Assembly (NCBI GenBank): GCA_036704065.1
Contig: DATNQK010000370.1
Span: forward strand, 1 to 44,146
Source: Stenomitos sp.
GTDB taxonomy: Bacteria > Cyanobacteriota > Cyanobacteriia > Thermosynechococcales > Thermosynechococcaceae
DNA length: 44,146 bases
Direction of reading: 5' to 3'
Shown here piece after piece: positions 1 through 8,938 of this stretch (position 1 is its first letter; the number at the start of each line of letters is the position of its first letter). The notes below the pieces were generated by a model. It saw nothing but the letters and a program-made list of their open reading frames with translations, was not told the origin of the DNA and did not search any database. The translations under genes and the position numbers were made by a program.

Positions 1-935
1 CCTGGCATTTGAATATCCATCAAAATTAAATCGGGATGCAGTGTCTTAGTGAGGGCGATCGCTTCCTCGCCATTCTTGGCCCACTCCAAACGAAATCCTT
101 TCGCGTTGAGATAAGAAGAAATCGTACCTACATTCGCCTCACTATCTTCAGCCAATAAAATCAGCGGCGATTTATGAGTCAGCTCAACCACACCCTCTGG
201 CACAGCATTAATATCCGTTGAAAAAGAACCAGTTGCAACAGCAGAAGGCGCGATAGATACATAAGGCTTTGCATTCAACAGTTCTGTCGATTCGATACAG
301 CTTGCAGGCAGCCGCACGGTGAAACAACTGCCCCGTCCTGGCTCACTCTCCAAGTCCACCGAACCCCCATGAAGCTCCGCAATTTGCTTAACCAGCGTTA
401 ACCCCAACCCTGTCCCTTCATATTGGCGGTTGAGACTACTATCCACCTGCACAAAGGGTTGGAACAGCTTTTGCCGAAACGATTCGGGAATGCCAATGCC
501 AGTGTCCCTGATGGCAAAACAAAGTTCAGACTGCCTTAATTCAGATGAGAGGGTAGAAAAGTGAACATATTTATCAAAATTTCCAGAGCGGATCGGCTTA
601 GGCCGAAATAGAGAAACTCGCTCCGCCAAATTCATTATCTGTGGTTCTAAATACACCTCCAGCGTCACCCGGCCACCCACGGGCGTAAATTTAACTGCAT
701 TGGTCAGTAAATTAATCAAAACTTGTCGCATTCGTCGCTCGTCTACTGCAATATCAGTCAGATGAGATAATTGACTAACCTGTAGCTGAATTTGTTTTTG
801 CAGTGCCTGTTGCCTCACAAATGCAAGGCTAGAGTTACAGAGGTGCGAAATCGAAACTGTTGAAATTTCTAATTCAAGCCGTCCGGCCTCAATCTTTGCA
901 ACGTCGAGGATATCGTTAATCAAAGCCAACAAATG
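1..935 (-). pseudogene. C-terminal part of the hybrid histidine kinase (rest of HisKA, HATPase_c, start of receiver domain); in frame with 936..3731 but after a premature TAA; runs off the window edge
   Basis: Manual translation after the stop gives HLLALINDILDVAKIEAG, DERRMRQVLINLLTNAVKFT (N box), IRDTGIGI (G1), LFQPFVQVD (F), YEGTGLGL (G2), then ILLAEDSEAN...PDLILMDIQMP (REC). No further stop in about 311 codons. Confidence 0.9.
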
Positions 936-3731
936 TTAGCCACTATTTTCTACCGTTGAAAGTGACTGTTTCTGCCGCTCATTTAACGGTCCTAAAATTC
1001 CATCTTGCATTGCCTCAGAAATGCCCAAAATAGCATTGAGCGGTGTTCGTAGCTCATGGCTCATATTAGCCAAAAATTCATCTTTCAAGCGCGTAGCACG
1101 GGCCAATTCGTCATTACTGAGAGCTAGCTTTTGATTGGTTTCGGTTAGCAAGGTTTGGGCTTGTTGGCGTTCTAATAACTCTTGCTGCAATTGCTCAAAT
1201 AGACTGGTTTGCTGAATGGCGATCGCCAGCTGGTTGGCAATCTGTTGGGTCAGTTTCTGTTCCTTTTCTAACCACTGACGCGGCATTGTACATTGGTGGA
1301 TACACAATAAACCCCAAAGCTCATCGCCACAGAGCAATGGCATTGCTAAATTGGCTCGCACCTGGAACTGCAACAGCATATCCCGATAGCAAGATTTGAT
1401 GTCATCGTCGTAAATATCACTGACGGCATAAAATTGGCCTTTTGCAATACCAGAAGCACAATGCGCACCAAAACAAGCATCGTGTACTCGTGTTTTGAGT
1501 ACCGAATGATAGGGCGCTACAACCGACTCGGCCACAAATTCACCGTCTTCAAATCGAGAGACAAGATCGAACTTGAAAATGCTTACCCGATCAACATGCA
1601 AAAACTGACGAATCACTTCACATGCGGTCTGAAACGTCGTTTGTAAATCTAATGACTGACGAATATACTGGGTAATTTCTCGCAGCAACGTCTCCTGCTG
1701 CGCTTGTTGATGAATAATCTGCTCCGATTTTTTGCGATCGCTAATATCTGTTTTAGACCCTGCCATCCGCACAACTTGGCCCGTCCGATTCCGTAACGCT
1801 CTGCCGCGATCTAGAATCCAGACATAAGAACCGTCTCGATGTAGCACTCGGTATTCAGCTGCATAAAATTCAGTCAAACCCATCAGGTGTGCATCGAACA
1901 ATGCCATGGTTTGAGCATAGTCTTCAGGATGAATCGCTGCGAACCACTCCGTTAAAGGAACACTGACATCCTGAGCTTTGGAGCCTCGCATTGCCTCCCA
2001 CTGTCGTGAATAAAACACTTGATGCGTTTTAACATCCCAGTCCCAAATTGCATCGCTCGTTCCCTGTAACGCTAAATTCCAGCGTTCATCGCTTTGCTGC
2101 AACGCCGCAGTGCGTGCTTGGACCTTTTGTTCTAGCTCCTGGTTAAGTTGCGCAAGTGCAAGTTGAGCTTGCGCCCGCTCAATCGCAATTCCAGCAATAT
2201 TTGCGGCCTTACCAATATCCTCCAGAACTTTGGCATCCATCGCCTTAACGGTTCGAAAATAAACCGCGTAGGTACCTAAAACCTGGCCATCATTGGCCAT
2301 AATCGGCTTCGACCAGCACGCTCTCAATCCATGACTTAGCGCCAACTCTCGATAGTCGTTCCAGAGGGGGTCGGTTGCAATATCTTCTACCACAACCTGC
2401 TCGCCTCGAAATGCTGCCGTTCCACAAGATCCTGCCCCCTCAGCAACAGGGATTCCCTCTACCAAACCTAAGCAAGATGGTGGTAGATGCGGTGCAACTG
2501 CATTTCCTAAATAACCAATGGAATCGCATAATAGAATCGCAACCAACCCCTGTTCGAGTTGCCTTTCCATAGAAGAGGCGAGGTCATATAAAACGTCCTT
2601 TAATGGTTCTGCCTTAGCAATGCGTTCTAGAACCGCATTTTGTACCGCTAGTAGCGCTTCAACCCGCTGGCGCTCCTTTAATTCCGATTGCGCGCGCTGC
2701 GCTAAACGCCGCTCGCGTTGTGCCTGAAGCTGCAGTTCAGCAGTACGGGCTTGCACCTGTAGTTCAAGTTTTTCATTGCGCAGTTGCAGGAGCGTCAGCT
2801 TCTCCGCCTCTAACCGCGAAACTTTTTGCTCTAAGGTTTCTGCGATCTGATAGATATCTTTGGAATGGAGCGCATTGAGCAAATGCGTTTGCGTCACAAT
2901 TCCCTTTAAACAATCCTGAGTATCTGTAATCACAACCCGATTGATTTGTCGCTCATGCATCAAGGTTTGAATGGACCAGAGGAAGCTATGAGGGCGCATT
3001 GAGAATACAGGATTACTCATCACCACTTGCGCTTGGGTGAGGCTAAAGTTGAGTTCTAGGGCCAGAAACTGGATAATATCTCGTTCAGTGACGATGCCCA
3101 GGGGTTTCAGCCCACTCGCATCAGTTTCGCTACCCTCCACAATCACCACAGAACTGACGCGATGCGCCGTCATCAGTTGTGTGAGCTCAACCAACGTCGC
3201 ATCCGGGGAAGCATGAACCACATCAACTGTCATAATGTCCGATGCAGTCTGGGTCTGCAACAAGTCGATGGGACGCAGCAAACGTCGCACTGTACTGTTG
3301 GTAATGAGGCCAACCACTTTGTTGTGGTCATCCACCAAAGGCAAATGGGCAGTGGTATATTTCTGAAACAGCTTAAGGGGCACAAACAGATCGATTAGCT
3401 GATCAATCTTTAACGTTGCCACTGGAGCAACCATAATATCCGCAATGGTCAATTCAGCGAGATCGAGGTGTGTGGCACTTAAATGAACAAAATCTCGGTC
3501 AGTCAACATGCCGACCAGTTCGCCGTCTTCTAACACCAATACGCAGCTTCGTTGCGCTTGAAGCGCCCATTGATCGGGTGCAACTTCGATTTCACACGTA
3601 AAGTCGCAAACATTTCCGCCCGCACTCATTAATGCGATCGCCTCAAGCGCACTAGCGGAAGGGCTAATACTTAGCGGATCGCGGATAATTGCAGCAGACC
3701 AGTCGAGTCGCGTCATCGGATTGGGTCGCAA
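936..3731 (-). CDS. Multi-sensor histidine kinase, N-terminal part: 2 CBS pairs, GAF, PAS/PAC, DXCF cyanobacteriochrome GAF, truncated HisKA
   Basis: CBS motifs (LVGMLTDRD, PLGIVTERD); GAF (GSCGTAAF...RACWSKPI); PAS (DAIWDWD...EYRVLHRDGSYVWI); CBCR GAF (DRVSIFKF...HDACF...SCY...LWGLLCIHQC); H box FLANMSHELRTPLNAILG. Ends at an in-frame TAA (936-938). The start may be ATG 3716. Confidence 0.9.
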   Translation of the reverse strand: MRPNPMTRLDWSAAIIRDPLSISPSASALEAIALMSAGGNVCDFTCEIEVAPDQWALQAQRSCVLVLEDGELVGMLTDRDFVHLSATHLDLAELTIADIMVAPVATLKIDQLIDLFVPLKLFQKYTTAHLPLVDDHNKVVGLITNSTVRRLLRPIDLLQTQTASDIMTVDVVHASPDATLVELTQLMTAHRVSSVVIVEGSETDASGLKPLGIVTERDIIQFLALELNFSLTQAQVVMSNPVFSMRPHSFLWSIQTLMHERQINRVVITDTQDCLKGIVTQTHLLNALHSKDIYQIAETLEQKVSRLEAEKLTLLQLRNEKLELQVQARTAELQLQAQRERRLAQRAQSELKERQRVEALLAVQNAVLERIAKAEPLKDVLYDLASSMERQLEQGLVAILLCDSIGYLGNAVAPHLPPSCLGLVEGIPVAEGAGSCGTAAFRGEQVVVEDIATDPLWNDYRELALSHGLRACWSKPIMANDGQVLGTYAVYFRTVKAMDAKVLEDIGKAANIAGIAIERAQAQLALAQLNQELEQKVQARTAALQQSDERWNLALQGTSDAIWDWDVKTHQVFYSRQWEAMRGSKAQDVSVPLTEWFAAIHPEDYAQTMALFDAHLMGLTEFYAAEYRVLHRDGSYVWILDRGRALRNRTGQVVRMAGSKTDISDRKKSEQIIHQQAQQETLLREITQYIRQSLDLQTTFQTACEVIRQFLHVDRVSIFKFDLVSRFEDGEFVAESVVAPYHSVLKTRVHDACFGAHCASGIAKGQFYAVSDIYDDDIKSCYRDMLLQFQVRANLAMPLLCGDELWGLLCIHQCTMPRQWLEKEQKLTQQIANQLAIAIQQTSLFEQLQQELLERQQAQTLLTETNQKLALSNDELARATRLKDEFLANMSHELRTPLNAILGISEAMQDGILGPLNERQKQSLSTVENSG

Positions 3732-3773
3732 TGCTGAACTGTACCTTAAGTGAGCACAAGACTCTTTTTGTAG

Positions 3774-3841
3774 AATCTTGTTGATCCCACTTTAAGGATT
3801 CCCTCAAAATCTTGTTGATCCCACTTTAAGGATTCCCTTAA
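3774..3841. repeat. 34-bp tandem duplication (2 copies, 1 mismatch) upstream of the kinase gene
   Basis: aatcttgttgatcccactttaaggattccctcaa (3774-3807) followed directly by aatcttgttgatcccactttaaggattcccttaa (3808-3841). Confidence 0.95.
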
Positions 3842-4205
3842 AATCCCATAAATCCCTCTTCAAGCGTTCACTTAAACTGTCAAGATCTACCTAGAGGTAG
3901 ACTCATTATATTTTTCTGCCAAAGGGGAAAATTTTCTAATAGTAAAAATTCGCTGTTTTAGGACTCAGCAGGTCACGAGAACTTCCCCTCTTTTGGGATA
4001 AAAAAAGGCAAATACGAGCACAAAATAGCGTTCAAGGTTAGCCCGTAGAACACACTCAAAAAAATCGAAATCTATCTTTACAAACGCTCCAAATCGAAGA
4101 TTCTAAACATACGCCCTAAAAGAGCAGGTTCCGTTACAACAGTGGATTAAAGCGCAAGAAACCGCTTTGTATTCCTGAGCGTGCATCTAAAAGTCTGAAT
4201 GAGGA

Positions 4206-4466
4206 CTATTGCTGTTCTTGAATTTGTCGAAGCAACCATTCCTCCACTGGTTTTCCATCGCGCCGCTTGAGTTCAGTCTCAATTAAAAAAGGAAGTCCTG
4301 ATTCCGCTGGTGCAGGCTTGCGATTAAAGGAAATCAGATAGGCTTGTGGATCTTCTCCACGTTCTATCAGCCATTGCTCTACTTTGGAAGTCGCAAAAAA
4401 TGACTGTCCATCTTTAAACAAGCGGGTAAGTTGAAGTTGCAAAGAATAAGGGCTAAATCGAGCCAT
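4206..4466 (-). CDS. Hypothetical protein, 86 aa
   Basis: ATG preceded by a strong SD (taaggagc); protein-like composition; co-oriented just downstream of yjbQ. Confidence 0.8.
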   Translation of the reverse strand: MARFSPYSLQLQLTRLFKDGQSFFATSKVEQWLIERGEDPQAYLISFNRKPAPAESGLPFLIETELKRRDGKPVEEWLLRQIQEQQ

Positions 4467-4526
4467 TATAAGCTCCTTACTGAAAGTACAGAAATCACAA
4501 TTGCATCAACTTAAACAAAAGGCGAA

Positions 4527-4943
4527 TCAGTCGCCTGAAATATGAATCACTACTTCTCTTTGAGATCCATGCTGCCGATGCTCCCACACATAAATCCCCT
4601 GCCAAATTCCTAGCACCAAACGCCCACCATTGACAGGAATTTGCTCAGAAGTATGGGTTAAGGCAGTACGGATATGGGCAGGCATATCGTCTGGCCCTTC
4701 TGTGCTATGACGATAGTAAGGGCCTTCAGGAATGAGTTTAGATAAAAAAGTTTCTAAATCGCTCAGTACATCAGGATCAGCATTCTCTTGAATAATCAAG
4801 CTCGCCGAGGTGTGACGCAGAAATATAGAGCATAGTCCTGTAGTAATCCCAGATTGAGCAACAGCCTCTTGTACATTTCGGGTGATATTACTCAACGACT
4901 TACCGCTGGTTCTAACCTGAAGGAGTTGTTGGCGATGAGGCAT
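4527..4943 (-). CDS. yjbQ: YjbQ/UPF0047 family protein (secondary thiamine-phosphate synthase)
   Basis: HTSASLIIQENADPDV, HSTEGPDDMPAHIR and LGIWQGIYVWEHR signature motifs; ATG 4943 preferred over GTG 4949. Confidence 0.93.
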   Translation of the reverse strand: MPHRQQLLQVRTSGKSLSNITRNVQEAVAQSGITTGLCSIFLRHTSASLIIQENADPDVLSDLETFLSKLIPEGPYYRHSTEGPDDMPAHIRTALTHTSEQIPVNGGRLVLGIWQGIYVWEHRQHGSQREVVIHISGD

Positions 4944-5090
4944 AGTCACGCTAGTTTGAAACTACTTTAACCATAGCTCCGATTGAGTCTGACAAGACTG
5001 GCGCTAGAGCAGGTCTCATCTAAACCCCGAAACTGGGCAGGCTTTTAACGACTTCATAGCTCTGCCATACCCCGTAGCGAGTCGCTCAGC

Positions 5091-7037
5091 TCACTCGGCT
5101 AGTTCTGACAACTCCATCCAACGCAGCGTAGCTGTGTCAATCGCCTCGCCCAATTCCGCCAATCGTTCGGAAAGCTGAGTTAGTTCTGTAAAGCCAGAAG
5201 GAGGGTTGTGATACAGTTGTTTTTCTAAATCTGCCTTTTGCAACTCCATTTCGGGAATTTGCGCTTCCAGTTGCTCTAATTCTCGTTTTTCCTTATAAGA
5301 CCGCTTGCGAGATTGAGATGTTGGAGGCGTTGTAGCGGTGGTTGTAGTGGTAACCGTTTGGGTTTCAGCTTTAGATGAGGACTGTTGCGCTGCGGCTTGG
5401 GCCGCTTCTGCCTTAGCAGCCGTTGCCTCTTCGGCTTGCTTAAAGTCCAAGTAAACCGAATAATTGCCAGGATATTGACGTAGCGTACCATCTGGTTGAA
5501 AGGCAAAAATGGTATCGACGGTGCGATCTAGAAAATATCGATCGTGAGAAACCACCATCACGCAACCGTTAAAATCTTCTAGATAATCTTCTAGAACGGC
5601 CAAGGTTTGTACGTCTAAATCATTGGTTGGTTCATCAAGAATCAAAACATTGGGTGCAGCCATCAGCACCTTCAGTAAAAACAAACGCCGCTTTTCGCCG
5701 CCCGACAATCGCTCGATGGGGGAATATTGCTGATTAGGCGTAAATAAGAACCGCTCTAGCATTTGTGAGGCGGTAATTACAGTGCCGTCTGCTGTAGTAA
5801 TCAGTTCGGCAATGTCTTTTAGGTAGTCAATGACCCGTTGTTCAGGATTCAGAGCTAAATCGTCTGAGTGTTGGTCGAAGTAGCCAAAGACAATGGTGTC
5901 ACCAATGTCTACGGTTCCTGCATCCGGCTGAAGGCGTCCAGTGATCAGGTTCAAAAGGGTAGATTTGCCCACACCATTGGGGCCGATAATACCAATCCGA
6001 TCCTCCGGACTAAAGTTGTAGCTAAAGTTGCGGATGAGCGATCGCCCTTCAAAACCTTTCGCAACCGCATTGATGTCAACAACTTTTTTGCCAATCCGCC
6101 GACCTGCCGTTGAAATTTCGACCTTGCCCTTGGCCTGCTTAAACTCCTGGGTTTGCATGGCCCGAATCCGATCAATCCGTGCCTTTTGCTTGGTACTGCG
6201 TGCCTTAGGTCCTCGCTTCAGCCACTCTAGTTCACGCCGCAACACACCAGCATGTTTGCGCTGCGCACTAGCGGCCACATCCTCGGCCAAGGCTTTTTTC
6301 TCTAGATAGTAGGAATAGTTCCCTTCATAGGCATACAAGTCGCCCCGATCAATCTCCACAATGGTGTTAACCACTTGATCGAGAAAATAGCGATCGTGGG
6401 TAATCAATAGCAAGGCACCATGAAAGCGTTGTAAATAGCTTTGCAACCACTCAACCGACAAAGCATCCAAGTGGTTGGTCGGTTCGTCCATCAGCAACAC
6501 ATCTGGATTCGACAATAATGCCGTCGCCAGGGCAATCCGCTTGCGGTAGCCGCCGGATAAGCTGCCCACTTTCGCGTCAAAGTTCTCAATACCCAACTTG
6601 GTCAAGACGATTTTGGACTGGGTTTCTAGGTCCCAAGCACCAATCGTATCCATGCGATGCGTCACTTGGGACAACCGCGCCATGATTTGATCGAGGTTGC
6701 CACTGTGCTGCGCCAGTTGAGCAGACAGCGCCTCATATTCTTGGACTAACGCCGCTTTTTCACCACTATCGGCAAACACTTGCTCTAGGACGGTGCGCTC
6801 ATCGTCTAAATTCGGTTGCTGGGGCAAGTAAACAACCTTAAGGCTCGGGTTCGTCCACAGGGTACCGCTATCGGCTGGCTCTAACCCCGCCATCATTTTG
6901 AGCATCGTCGATTTGCCAGCCCCATTGGTGCCAATCACACCCACCTTATCCGCTGGCCCGAGACTAAAGCTGGCATCTCGTAAAATCTCTTTGATGCCAA
7001 AGTCTTTCTTGAGCGATCGCAGGGTAATGGCACTCAT
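5091..7037 (-). CDS. uup: ABC-F family ATPase, Uup-like
   Basis: Two ABC domains (GTNGAGKST/LSGG/DEPTNHLD and GPNGVGKST/LSGGE/DEPTNDLD), no TM segments, linker WLKRGPKARSTKQKARI, C-terminal coiled coil SYKEKRELEQLE...RWMEL. ATG 7037 forms an ATGA overlap with the upstream GT4 stop. Confidence 0.9.
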   Translation of the reverse strand: MSAITLRSLKKDFGIKEILRDASFSLGPADKVGVIGTNGAGKSTMLKMMAGLEPADSGTLWTNPSLKVVYLPQQPNLDDERTVLEQVFADSGEKAALVQEYEALSAQLAQHSGNLDQIMARLSQVTHRMDTIGAWDLETQSKIVLTKLGIENFDAKVGSLSGGYRKRIALATALLSNPDVLLMDEPTNHLDALSVEWLQSYLQRFHGALLLITHDRYFLDQVVNTIVEIDRGDLYAYEGNYSYYLEKKALAEDVAASAQRKHAGVLRRELEWLKRGPKARSTKQKARIDRIRAMQTQEFKQAKGKVEISTAGRRIGKKVVDINAVAKGFEGRSLIRNFSYNFSPEDRIGIIGPNGVGKSTLLNLITGRLQPDAGTVDIGDTIVFGYFDQHSDDLALNPEQRVIDYLKDIAELITTADGTVITASQMLERFLFTPNQQYSPIERLSGGEKRRLFLLKVLMAAPNVLILDEPTNDLDVQTLAVLEDYLEDFNGCVMVVSHDRYFLDRTVDTIFAFQPDGTLRQYPGNYSVYLDFKQAEEATAAKAEAAQAAAQQSSSKAETQTVTTTTTATTPPTSQSRKRSYKEKRELEQLEAQIPEMELQKADLEKQLYHNPPSGFTELTQLSERLAELGEAIDTATLRWMELSELAE

Positions 7038-8152
7038 AGACAACCTTCCTTTGCCTCATCACTAGGCCAAGATTGCAACACAGCTGCAAACCACGCTTCG
7101 GTGCGATCGCCCAAAGCATCGAGAGAAAACTCCTGCTCAGCCTGAAGACGACAGTCACGCCGATCTATTTGATCTAACTTCTGAATGGCAGTAATCAGAC
7201 CTTCCACACTATCGGGCTCCACGAGCCATCCGGTTTTGCCATCTCTCACAATCTCTGCAGGCCCACCGCGTCGATAAGAAATAACAGGCACACCGCACGA
7301 TAGTGCCTCAATCAAAACATTACCAAACGCCTCCACCCACCGCGAGGTTACTAGCAAGCCTTTACAGCGTCTCACAATGGCTTGCATCTGCTCTGTTTCA
7401 AAAAAACCCAAATACTCAAAGGTTCCTGGTGGACACCCTTGGCCTACTTCTTGGAAATATTCGGGATCCTGCAATCGCCCCATCACCTTAAGCGGCATCT
7501 GGGTGGCTTGGGCCGCAGCCACCGCATCCTCTAGCCCTTTTTCCCGTGAAATTCTACCGAGCCAGCATAAGCCGAAGTCTGGCGTCTCACAATAGTGATA
7601 GAGCGACAAATCAAGACCACTTCCCAACGGCACACAGCGATCTGCAAAGGGAAACGTCTGTGCCTGAGTGCGTGTATAAACACCAATGGAATGCGGATAA
7701 CGCTGTGCAATCGGCGCAATACTCGCATCCATTGCATCACTCAAAGACCCCATACTCACCAAATGGGCCACTGGTGTCCGCAAAAAAGGGGTCAAATAGA
7801 AGGGCAACCAATCATATGCAAAATTGACAATCAGATCGAATTGATCCTGTACCTGCCGCACATAGGCCCACATATTGCTCAGTACAGCATTACTCGGCAT
7901 CGTAATGGGAACATTGCGATCTAAGGTTTGAGCAGGCACCTGGCATTCGCCCTCAATCTCAATCACCTGCACATCGGGCAAACGCGACCCTACCGGTGCC
8001 ACAATTGCTAAGGTATGCCCCCGCTCAACCATCAGGTTTGCTGTATTCAGGAGCGTGAGCTCTACACCCCCACCAGCACCAGATCCCAATGGCCCTACGG
8101 ATGTAGACACAAACAAAAGCCTTAGGGGCTTCTGTAATATCGTTTTACCCAA
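7034..8152 (-). CDS. Glycosyltransferase family 4 (GT-B)
   Basis: GGGVE N-terminal motif, WLGRISREKG, EAFGNVLIEALSCGVPVI...GGPAEIVRDGKTG. Confidence 0.92.
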   Translation of the reverse strand: MGKTILQKPLRLLFVSTSVGPLGSGAGGGVELTLLNTANLMVERGHTLAIVAPVGSRLPDVQVIEIEGECQVPAQTLDRNVPITMPSNAVLSNMWAYVRQVQDQFDLIVNFAYDWLPFYLTPFLRTPVAHLVSMGSLSDAMDASIAPIAQRYPHSIGVYTRTQAQTFPFADRCVPLGSGLDLSLYHYCETPDFGLCWLGRISREKGLEDAVAAAQATQMPLKVMGRLQDPEYFQEVGQGCPPGTFEYLGFFETEQMQAIVRRCKGLLVTSRWVEAFGNVLIEALSCGVPVISYRRGGPAEIVRDGKTGWLVEPDSVEGLITAIQKLDQIDRRDCRLQAEQEFSLDALGDRTEAWFAAVLQSWPSDEAKEGCL

Positions 8153-8636
8153 AATGCTAAAAGACCCTAAAACTCCCTTCGCAGTCTAACAGAGTTCTGA
8201 AGGCTTAACTCAATGCTGAAAGGCTATCACAGAGGCTTGCACACAACCTTAGGCCGCCCTGAACAAGCCCCATAACAAAAGAAGGCGACTAGTGCGGCCA
8301 AGCAAACAATTTTTTAGGCAGAACTTGCCCCCTAGCTATCAAGGAACCCCAACACTAGCCACCATGACGATGCACAGAGCCTACCTAGGAGAAGTCTATG
8401 CTTTCTCGTCCGAATCTCTAATCCCTTGAACTCATAAAACCGAACCTCATTAGGGCTCGAAAAGCAGAAACAAGGGGGAACCAAACATCAACCGAAAGGA
8501 TTAGAGTTAAGCATTACTTTTGGTGGATATATGTATAAACTCCTCAGTCAAAAGACATAATAAAACGAAGCCAATGAAGGCAATAAGAAATTGATAAATA
8601 AGAAAATAAGACCGATAAGTCAGACTCGGAAGCCGC

Positions 8637-8786
8637 TTAAGATGCCATCCGGTCTAAGGATCTAATTTTACGTGACCGTAGCATTTCTAATACAGAATCA
8701 ACTTGCTTTGGTGTCAGAGCCGTTAACTCGCTGACCCAAAAGCGCATCTGGTCGGTTTGGTTAATATCATCACAAATTTTAGACAT
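8637..8786 (-). CDS. Putative 49-aa small protein (below the ORF-track cutoff)
   Basis: MSKICDDINQTDQMRFWVSELTALTPKQVDSVLEMLRSRKIRSLDRMAS*; SD-like aagaggg about 8 nt before the ATG; lies in an otherwise empty 1-kb gap. Confidence 0.5.
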   Translation of the reverse strand: MSKICDDINQTDQMRFWVSELTALTPKQVDSVLEMLRSRKIRSLDRMAS

Positions 8787-8917
8787 TTTCAGTTCCCTCT
8801 TAGTTGTTTACAAGTCTACGTACCCCCGCAACTTTGAACAGTATTCTCGCTCACAATCTAACCTAGGCCATTACGAACGTCGCCCTATTATTGAGATTTG
8901 TAGCCACTTTCAGCGTT

Positions 8918-8938
8918 ATTTAAGATTGATTTAAGATT
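8918..8938. promoter_or_regulatory. Direct repeat with 11-bp period; candidate OmpR/PhoB-type regulator site
   Basis: ATTTAAGATT-G-ATTTAAGATT in the divergent region between the small ORF and cp12. Confidence 0.4.

Noticed and set aside
3774-3841. Possible CRISPR mini-array (34-bp repeat)
   Set aside because: The copies are directly adjacent with no spacer, there are only two, and no cas genes are present.
1434-7924. Many 60-110 aa ORFs nested in or antisense to the kinase, ABC-F and GT4 genes
   Set aside because: All lie within well-supported longer genes and show no motifs.
8537-8550. ACTCCTCA resembling the Yfr1 sRNA motif
   Set aside because: Does not match the full ACTCCTCACAC motif and lacks the flanking hairpins.
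8678-8693. GTA...TAC resembling an NtcA site
   Set aside because: The spacer is 10 nt rather than 8, and it lies inside the putative small ORF.
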